64,000 nt of DNA from Perna viridis. Lineage: Eukaryota. The notes below the pieces were generated by a model. That model was given only the letters and a program-made list of their open reading frames with translations. It searched no databases and had not been told where the DNA came from. Below, piece after piece: positions 54,901 through 64,000 of the stretch. Each line of letters starts with the position of its first letter. Positions within the stretch are counted from its first letter, which is position 1. The stretch covers positions 24,907,171 to 24,971,170 of the forward strand of contig CM074511.1 in the NCBI GenBank assembly GCA_037379345.1, read 5' to 3'. Position numbers and translations under genes: made by a program.

Positions 54901-55767
54901 TTTGACATTGAAGTGATGCATTTTAACAAATACGATTATTTTGTATTCTCTTTTAGGTATAAATTTATGTTACTTTTATGCTAAATTAGTATAAACTGTT
55001 GTCATAAATTACTCTGTTTTTAGTATTTTTTGCTATAAGAGGATCATATTTGCACCTTTTATATTATGTTTGATCATTTTAACGTCTGATAAATGAATTA
55101 TTTTCGGCCTTTCCTCAATTTTTCATTTTTTGGCATTAATTATGTGATGGACCAAAAAATTTACACTGACTCATTTATTAAGTAAATTCTAAAACATGAA
55201 TTATTCATTTCATAATAATTGGCAATTTATTATTTTTTTATGATTCTTCTGTAATGAATTTATTATTCTTTTAATTTTATCAAAGGAATTCATAACAGAA
55301 AGTTCATTCTTTTAGTGTTGAAAAGATACATAAAAATAATTTGTTCATCCTCCACCCTACAATAAAATAAATTACTTTGTCTACAATATATGATGGCAAA
55401 GTTCTAGACCTCTTTTATAAAAAAAAAATTTGAAAGTTGTTAAATGTTTTTTTTTTCTGTTATGATATGGGCGTCATTGTAGTCAGGCCAAGTTTAACGC
55501 ATAACAGTACTGTAAGTGTCTACACCCCTTACATAAATGCTATAAGTTTGGAGATTGAGTTGAAAAAAGAATCAAAAGATCTTTCCAGCCTCTTTGTTTT
55601 CTTTTAAAAGGGTTTTACATATTTTCATATGTTTATTTACTGCAATGAAAGGAAAGCACAAATACTACAATGGTCTTATTATAAGTATTAAGCCATTGCC
55701 TTTGAACAACACTCCACCTAGAAATCTGCTTTCTGAAATATTAATTTTTTTAATAAATATTTTTCAG

Positions 55768-56079
55768 TGTTCAGTAACATGTGGATTAGGTGTATCAAAA
55801 CAGGATGTGTACTGCCGATCATTACGTGATGAGATTCTGAAAAATGATTTTTGTGATCCATCCAGCAAACCCTATGGAGTAAAAGCATGTGACATGGGGG
55901 CATGTCCAACTACCACAACTACAAGCACAACAACAACACCAACAACTACAACAACAGCCACAACAACAACAACACAGACAACCACAACAACAACAACTAC
56001 ATCACCAAAACCAAACCTGGTACAACTTAATGTACATGTCAGTGCTCCAGTAAAGTGGAAATTTACTGATTGGTCTTCG
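55768..56079 (+). CDS. ADAMTS9: ADAMTS exon, TSR6 plus Thr-rich linker plus start of TSR7 (KWKFTDWSS)
   Basis: tttttcag|TGTTCAGTA...TCTTCG|gtaggt; 312 nt, phase 0 to 0. Confidence 0.93.
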
Positions 56080-56222
56080 GTAGGTATCATGAAGTGTGGT
56101 TGCTTAAATTGGCAGTCCTCAGTAGGTATCATGAAGTGTGGTTGGTTAAATTGGCAGTCCTTGGTAGGTAACTAGGTATCAGAAAGTTCGGTTGGTTAAA
56201 TTTGCAGTCTTCGGTAGGTATC
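56073..56222 (+). repeat. 42-bp tandem repeat spanning a splice donor
   Basis: GTAGGTA at 56080, 56122, 56164 and 56214; gtcttcggtaggtatc is identical at 56073 and 56207. Confidence 0.9.
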
Positions 56223-56497
56223 GTGGAGGGTAATCAGTAAAGCGGATGGTAAAACCTTTAGTCCTGTTTCAATACATGGTTTGGTTAATCAAGTTTTATA
56301 CTCTCCATACCTCATTTGGCAATTGCGTGCTGCCTGTTTGTATTGCAGTATACCAGTAGCAATTAACAATAATGGAAGCAGGAGGTTTAGGGTACTATAA
56401 ATATTGTTTAAGCTACCTTTTCCATCAAAAATGCCTGTACCAAGTCTGAATCATTGCCATTGTTTCATATTTTCCAGTTTTTGCCCTGATATTGCCA

Positions 56498-56707
56498 TAC
56501 GAAGAAATTTGTTTTATTTGTGGGTACCAGTTTTGGTTGATTGGAAATGTAAAACAAGTTCGTGGATTCCTTAATTTGTGGTTTTTAGGCTTAAAGTATA
56601 CACATCAATTGAAATCTCCTTTTTGTTGGTAACCAAATTTCATGGTTTGGCTCACCCACAAAAACTACGAAAATTGGTACCCCACGAACAATAGTACTTT
56701 CACAGTA
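56498..56707 (-). mobile_element. MITE, same family as 39112-39315, opposite orientation
   Basis: Reverse-complement similarity to 39112-39315. Confidence 0.78.
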
Positions 56708-58945
56708 TGTTATATTGACTTCTCGACACTTTATTATGGACTTTAGATTTTTAATGAAGTCAGCCATTGCTTTATAACTTTGAAAAGTCCAGGACTTTCC
56801 ACTGATGAGAATAAATTTGAACCCCTGACTCAGTATGGGAGGTAGTGGTTACTTAGCTGACCTCCATGTTAAGGGTTAAACCTGGTTGTCTTCAAACAGG
56901 ATTAATTGTTTGTTTTACGTTAAGCTCTATCAAAAGCTTATTTTAATTCATGACCAGAGAGATAAAGAGGTACCAAGGACAGATCAATATCAAACCAACA
57001 AGCAAAAAATGCCATGGCCTTCTTCAGCATCCGCGTTAAATACTAAAGGTTAATCGAAGAATCTTTAAAACCGGAAAACAACTCAAGGTCTCAAGCAACT
57101 GGTTACGATAGGTAATTTTTTTTTACATTTGACCTTGAAAAGATGAACTATGTAAGCCAAGCCAAAAACATGCAACCTAAGCATATTTAATGCATTATGT
57201 GAAATATGCACCTTGCATACATTTCACATAATGGATTTTCTAAAAAGCAATTTACATCATACATTTATCAGTAGGTTTTTCAAGGTCATATTGCTTTGGT
57301 ATGGTTACATTTATCTGCCTGCGAAAATCATAAACAGTCCTTATTGATGAAAAATTATTACTGGGTTATAATCTGATGTATCTAAGGTTCCCCTGTAAGT
57401 TACAATAAATTGCATACTTCCATCTGTAGCTACTATTTATCAAATGCACATGTTATGAAATACGATCAAATATGAGATCATAAGTTACAATAATCGTCAA
57501 TCAACAAAATGATGGGGAAAATTAAGAAGATGCCTTTCAAGTCTGAAACCACCTTGTTCTATAGTTTTGAGGCTGAAGGGAATAACTACCTATTTGTTTA
57601 GTCAAGGCCATGTGTTCAGAGAAAAGTTGATTGTACTAAAGTAACATACATTTCTAAAGTGCAACAAACGCTACCAACAGACTGGTCGATTTTAACTAAA
57701 GATAAACAGAACTCTGTGGATTCTGTAAAATCTGCCAAAATTAAATAATTTACAAATTTACAGTTTTGGCACAGAAGTTTGAATTGAAGTATTTCTGTTC
57801 ATGATGTCTAGGTCTTGTTAAGCTATAGAAGTGGTTAGCTTTTGTTGGTTTTTTCTTTTTATTAGATATATTCTGCTCAGGTGAAGGCCTAAATTAAAGT
57901 TTTATAAATTCAGGGAAACTGAGTAAACAATTGCAAAAATTAGCAAAGTATTGATAACGGATTATTGGTTACTAGTAAAGGGCATAGAAAAAATGTTTCC
58001 AAGACCAAACTATTACTTTCCAAGAAACAACCAATTCATGCAGGATACAATGTTTAGGTCTTCAAAAAAAAAAAAAACGTTAAAATCTTCAGGACAACGT
58101 AGATTTAAAAAAAAAAGCTACATTTTTATTTAGTTTTAATGAATCTTTCATTGAATATTAGTATAATCAAAACACGGCAGTTATACATATAATCTTTGTT
58201 ATCAATATAGCATCGTCTTTATTTATACTCTATGGCATTTTCAGTGGTACAAATTGGGCTTGGTAGAAAGTGTGATTTTTTAAAAATTATTTGCTCACCG
58301 ACTCTTCATTTGAGTTCATAGCTTCTATGACATCAATATATTTCTAGAGCAATAATAATTGAGTTCAAATATGTGTTAAAAATGTAATTAATTAGTTGTG
58401 TCACTGAGGGTTTGGAGTGTTTTATTTGCATATTTTTAACATTTTTTGTGTGATTTTCGCAGATGTACAAAGCTATGACGACAATTGAGCACAATTAATG
58501 GTTTATGCTGCAGATAATTATCTAAGTGCTTGTTGTGTCTGGATGCATCAAAACATTGTCCAGTTACACAGTAACATGGAAAGTTTCCATATCACTGAAA
58601 ACTAGGTCCCTGTTGAGAAAACACAGGCTTTTCTGTTTACTTTTCTTTTGATAGTTTTGTACCAGGTTTTCTCAATATTTTGGTATTTTTGATTATGTAA
58701 TTCTTGTTTACTAAATATTTTCACTTCTTGATTAATATCTTTTGCTTACTTGTTATTGACACTTAAAGTGGAGCTTTCATCTAAGTTAAAAAAAAATGTT
58801 AGCATATCAACTTTTCATTACTAACTGGTAGTCTTTCATGTCTGCCTCTCTGTAATTGCTTTTCACTATTCAGTGCAAATAGGTCATTTTTTTGTCATAT
58901 GAAACCTTTGAAAAACCTGCCAATAAATATACTGTTGTGTTTCAG

Positions 58946-59113
58946 TGTTCAGCAACTTGTGGTAAAGGGACTAGAACAAGACTGGTTTACTGTGAAAACA
59001 TCAATGGCCAATCACAACCAAGGAATACCTGCAGCCATCTTGAAGAGCCTGCTTCCAAGGAAAACTGTAATGATAAGCCTTGTGGGGTCTGGAGATCAGG
59101 AGACTGGGGAGAG
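58946..59113 (+). CDS. ADAMTS9: ADAMTS exon, TSR7: CSATCGKGTRTRLVYC...CNDKPCGVWRSGDWGE
   Basis: tgtttcag|...|gtaatg; 168 nt, phase 0 to 0. Confidence 0.96.
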
Positions 59114-59368
59114 GTAATGCTTGTCATGAAAGTTTTATTCCTTGTCTGTCTGTCTGTACATCCAAGATCAGGTAATGCTTGTCTTATGTTCTGGACATAG
59201 ATTGTCATTGTCTGTTGTCTGTAATCTTATCTTAAGCTCTAAACATCCATACAGATGATCCTTGTCTGTCTGCCTGTACACCTGAGATCTGGAGCCTGGG
59301 ACATGCAGTGCTGAGACTTATGCTTTAGACGTCATTAAAGTTGGTCCTTGTCTGTCAGTCTGTACACT
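59092..59368 (+). repeat. Decayed duplications of exon end, donor and proximal intron
   Basis: ag|gtaatgcttgtc at 59114 and 59172; gagatctggagcctggg at 59284 echoes exonic gagatcaggagactggg at 59092; ccttgtctgtc..ctgtaca occurs three times. Confidence 0.75.
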
Positions 59369-61339
59369 TGATTTAAGTTACAGTTGCATACAATTATGAG
59401 TGAAATTAATTTGAAAAAAATAACTACAACTCCAAGTCATTGGTTATTATGTTCTGTGCTCTAATGGACATGGTATAGTTGTCCTCTAACTGTTAGTCTC
59501 ATTACACACCATTTGATGTTAAGTGAAAATTTTAAAAAATTAGGTAGCCTTGCATGCTAATTTTGAGTTACTTTTTAGAAACCTTTTGCTATAGTGAACA
59601 TTTTTTCTCTCTAAAATTAGTGTTTTCCCTTAATGATGGACCTATTTTTTTTTTTAATATTTACAGCATATTTTACTCCCCTTTTCCAAAAATAATTTTC
59701 TTAAAATAGTTTTGCTGAATTGTATGTTTGAACAGTCTTTGAGAGAAACTAATTGCCATTGTTGCAGAATGTGTTCCCTTTGATCATACACCCATTTGAT
59801 TGAAACAAATTGAGATAAAAGAAAATTCATTGATAAGTTTTCTTCATTATGAAAATTTCAAATGCTCTCCTCAATTTACCCTTGACTTTCTTGTTCAGAC
59901 TGTGTTGAATTCAAAGATACAACTTGTAAGATTTCACAACTTCCTGCTGAGGAACAAGTTCCAATGTTCAGGTTACTGAAGATTTTAATTGGTTTTCATT
60001 TTAAAAAATCAGCCATCAATATAATGGAGTTCTAATAGTCTTATCTGGTGAAAAAAAAATGAAACAAACTTCATTGGAAAGTAACAATGAGATGATTGGT
60101 CATATCATGTTCATAGTATGTCTAGAGATCTAAAAAAGATGATAGATGAAAAACGTTAGATTTGATAGAAATGATTGCTTAAGATGCTTCAAATTATCAC
60201 TGGTTTAGTGGGAGGGTCTTGAGTGCAGGCAGATTATTATCTCAGACTTGTATTGTCTGGCTGGGTAACTGTTCAAACTGGGAGATATTTTATAGACGAT
60301 TTGTGAATCAAGATTTGGATTTCATCAGATTTGCTGCCAGGTTTCGAAATTGAAATCGTATTAAGAATAGATCTTGACATAAAAAGCTTCTGACTTGGAA
60401 ATCCAAATTCAATTTACCGTTGAAGATTTAGAAGGATTTGCAATTAAAATGCACATGTCTTTGATCAAACTTTGCATCTCTTGAAGCAACTTAATTTCTA
60501 TCAACTTGTCCAGAAATGAGATCAAATGTTTCATTTGTAATATTCCTCTATATTCATCATACATTCTGTCAATTTGGTTATTGCTCACTTGAGAAGTTGT
60601 GTAGAAGTAAAGTCTATAAGTCACATTTTTTATAGGCTTGTCCAGGGGTGGATCCAGTATTTTCTGATTAGAGGTGGTAATAGAATTAAAGGCTGAGTGA
60701 ACTAAGATTTAAAAAAAAAAGGGGTTAAATTAGTAAAAAAATCGAGATTTCATACAAAATTTTAAGGGGAGCATGCCAGTTCCATCCCCTATGAATGTGC
60801 ACTTTTTGTCAACATGCTTTATAGAAACTGTAAACATATTTTGATGTTAAAAAATTCTGTAAATTGGTCCAAATTGGTAGCAGAAAAGAATGATGTACAA
60901 TGCTGTTTATTCTGTCCTCATCTGCTCCAAATTTTTTTCAAAGTAATACTTTGGTATCTTTATGAGCAAGATGTGTGCAGGGGGTGTGGTTTTTATTACG
61001 ATAATCTCTTCTGATAATCCAAATCAAAAGAAGCTCACCTAATTCTGTATGATAAAAAACATTCTACTCGAAAAAGCTAGAAGTTCAGTTAAGTGTACAC
61101 CTACCTATAGGAATAGCTTGATTATTTCTTAAATTTTAATCACGATAGGTAAACGGTAAATTCTTATCCTTGCAAAGGATTCACGATATATATGCCTATG
61201 CTTTGCTGTTTTAACCCAGAGGTTAAGGCTGAACAAAAATATCTAAGAAATTAAGGTGTTAGAATGAAAGTTGTGTGAAAAGGCAAATTCTAGATGATTT
61301 AGCAAATTTCTGTTTTTAAATGCAATGAATTCATAGATG

Positions 61340-61460
61340 CAGTGGGCAATCCAGGGGAGGGTTCTCATTTTGTTGCACACTTTGGGCAAAAACGAGCTAA
61401 TAATAGCCTGGAACCCCCTTCCCCTTTCTTCTGGAACCCCTCTTTTTAAAATCTCCACTG
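61340..61460. mobile_element. Short element with CAGTGG...CCACTG ends
   Basis: Short inverted termini; attcatagatg occurs on both flanks (61329, 61467). Confidence 0.4.
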
Positions 61461-63292
61461 TAGAGGATTCATAGATGGAGAAACTGGAAAATTTTCATGT
61501 GTTTCTATTTATTGCTATATTCATTGGAATCATTTTTGCCCATTCAAATTCAATTGTTTTTCATTGCATATGTATATGGATACATTGTTCAAGGCAAAAA
61601 AACTGTTAACTTTAAACATTAGCAAAGAATGAATTGCATACCTATTTCAAGGCCTGAAAAAAAGTCTTTAGCAAAGTAAACCAAAAGTAATTGTGATATC
61701 AAGATCTGATGATTTTTTACATTTTTTGTTATTACAAAATGTACTTGAGTAATAAGGTCTGACTTGTTAGCAAGATCCACCCATTTTCAAAATGCTTTTT
61801 TATTAGGTGGCCTCAATATTTTTACATAGTTATCTACTTTTTAAAGCATTAGGTTAAGTGCAGTGTTATTTCTTTAAAGCTTAAGGATGCTCATGATGAA
61901 TTCATGTTAAATATAAAGAGGCCTTGTGATAAAAAGACTATCATCATGAAAGGGGGCCATAGATTAGATGGACCACAGGGCAAAATACATTATTATAATG
62001 AAATTTAAGCTCTTTTGTGAAAAGATAGCAATGTTTATACTGACTCCTTGTTTATTAAAAGTCTTGGGAATAGATCGGTATAAAGTTTCTCATTAGTAAT
62101 CTTATTGTTTTAAATATGGTCTTTTAAATATTTTTTCATACATTTCACATAAATAGGGCAATGGATTATGAGAAATTTTGAAGTGATGTTTTATCATTAT
62201 TGACTGTAGTAAGACATTAGTTTTCGAGAAATAAACACAACAGCTGCTCAATATTGAACTATTACATTGCAAAATCTGATAAATTTTGGAAAATACTTAT
62301 CTAGCTATTATGCAAAAGATATTATGCATTCTTTTCTGATTGTTATATTTTAAAGACTGGGTCTCTGTCAGAAATTTTAGTAGAGGATCTGTAGTGTTTT
62401 GCTCAATGTGGAACCCTTTAACTGACTAATAGGTCTGAACATGAGGCTTTTATTTCATCACAGAGCTTTTGGAACTTTTGTAAAGAGGATGTGGTCTCCC
62501 TCCCTCAATAAAATACAACTTTCTTTTCGATTATATAGTTTCCTCACTGTTTTTTTTTTTTTATTTTTTTTTTTTATCCAGCGTACTTAGACATTGTTGA
62601 CTCAGATATTTATTAACCATCTCGTTTATATCAAGCAATTCTTAAGGTCTTTTACAGTTCATAACAACATGTCTCTATTGCAGAGCTTTTCACACTTACA
62701 TTTTTTTGCTACTTGAAGATCATTTTTATCTCAAAATTATGAATATAGATATTCCATGTTGATAGAGTTGTCTCATCAGTTTATTTTTACACAGCTTTCT
62801 TTGATATCAAGAGATTATATCGTGATAATTTGTAAATAAACAGCATCAATCGTGACATTTAAAAGATACACAGATCGTTGAAGTAATTTGTTTTCCCCTT
62901 TTCACCTGCTAAATAGTAAAATGTCTGGATTTTCATGAAACTTTGCCAGGCATGAAAAATCTCCCTACTACCATGCACTGTAGTATGCTGTTTGAAAGAC
63001 ATTTTATTCTCATCAGAACATAATGTTGCATGCAGTGGAATCATCTGTCATGATCTTAGCAAAAAAGAATATTGATGAAGTTTTACATTTTGACATTAAT
63101 TTCACAATAATATGATCTTTTTTTTTGTGGAAGATTAGTTCTATTTCTAAGTTTCTCAAGCTAAAACTGATTGGGTTGGAAATGTATATCTCTACGAAAT
63201 GGTCATTTTATTTTTCTGGGGACATTTTTCATTCCGGTTGGATTGTTGTCTCTTATAGCATATTCATTCTTGTTATATCTTTTTCTTTGTAG

Positions 63293-63490
63293 TGTACAAT
63301 GACATGTGGGGAAGGAGAGGAGATACGTCAAGTTGCTTGCTTTCTCCCAGGTATACTGAGAGGAGAAGATTCAAAATGTGATCCTAATAACAAACCAGAA
63401 TCTGTGAGGAAATGTCACCGTGCCGATTGTCCTGGTACAAGATACATTAGTGGTGGTGGAGCCAACTGGAGAACTGGACCTTGGTCTGGG
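63293..63490 (+). CDS. ADAMTS9: ADAMTS exon, TSR8 plus short linker plus start of TSR9: CTMTCGEGEEIRQVAC...CHRADCPGTRYISGGGANWRTGPWSG
   Basis: tctttgtag|...|gtatgt; 198 nt, phase 0 to 0. Confidence 0.95.
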
Positions 63491-64000
63491 GTATGTACAA
63501 TTGAGAGGGGTATATATTGGAGAACTTTACCTTGGTCTGGGGTACATAGAATTAAGAGGAGTATATATTTGAGAACTAGACCTTGGTCTGAAGTACGTAC
63601 AATTGAGAGGGTATATACTGGGGAACTGGACCTTGGTCTGGAGTACATACAGTTGAGTTCTTAGTCTGAAGTACGTACAATTGAGAGGGTATATACTGGG
63701 GAACTGGACCTTGGTCTGGAGTACATACAGTTGAGTTGGGTGTATACTGGAGAACTGGGCCTTGGTATAGGGTATGTACATTAGAGTTGGGCTAACTGGA
63801 GAATTGGACGTTGTTTGGGGGTATATATAGGATAACTGGGCCTTGGTATAGGGTATGTACATTAGAGTTGGGCTAACTGGAGGATTGGACGTTGTTTGGG
63901 GGTATATATAGGATAACTGGGCCTTGGTATAGGGTATGTACATTAGAGTTGGGCTAACTGGAGGATTGGACGTTGTTTGGGGGTATATATAGGATAACTG
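63465..64000 (+). repeat. Exon-end-derived minisatellite: ~51-bp units, then an 81-bp higher-order repeat running off the window
   Basis: First unit = last 26 nt of the exon + 25 nt of intron; copies at 63516 and 63567; 81-bp units at 63753, 63834, 63915 and 63996. Confidence 0.93.

Larger units (their letters stand above)
20309..63490 (+). other. ADAMTS9: Partial ADAMTS9/ADAMTS20/GON-1-like gene: 19 internal coding exons; both ends outside the window
   Basis: All 19 exons have AG acceptors and GT donors with matching phases (2872 nt = 1 nt + 957 codons, no stop). Domain order is metalloprotease, disintegrin-like, TSR1, Cys-rich, spacer, then at least 8 further TSRs. The HELGHVFNxPHD zinc site, long TSR array and linkers after TSR6 and TSR8 match the ADAMTS9/20 clade as I recall it. 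The symbol names the closest family, not proven 1:1 orthology. Confidence 0.9.

Noticed and set aside
55872-56132. Minus-strand poly-Val ORF
   Set aside because: Antisense shadow of the Thr codons.
63527-63943. 138-aa minus-strand ORF with 27-aa repeats
   Set aside because: By-product of the 81-bp (multiple of 3) satellite; no independent gene evidence.

Overview
AT-rich, CpG-poor eukaryotic (animal) genomic DNA, not prokaryotic. The repeat landscape suggests an invertebrate, possibly a bivalve mollusc (inference). The whole window lies inside one + strand gene encoding an ADAMTS9/ADAMTS20/GON-1-type secreted zinc metalloprotease. By hand I splice 19 GT-AG exons (20309-63490, 2872 coding nt) into one unbroken, phase-consistent frame. 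It covers the end of the catalytic domain (HELGHVFNLPHD plus Met-turn), the disintegrin-like domain, central TSR1, the Cys-rich domain, the spacer, and TSR2-TSR8 plus the start of TSR9. The gene's 5' and 3' ends lie outside the window, and 1-20308 is part of a >20 kb intron. Introns carry many MITE/foldback elements, two LINE 3' remnants and local tandem duplications. The most unusual signal is that at least four exon-intron junctions have themselves been tandemly duplicated, leaving arrays of decoy splice sites: one poison acceptor, in-frame spare donors, and an exon-derived minisatellite that has become an 81-bp higher-order repeat. Also notable are a 31-aa Thr-rich linker and a frame-compatible Cys-rich 36-nt candidate micro-exon. 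Most of the supplied ORFs are spurious or are exons extended into intron.
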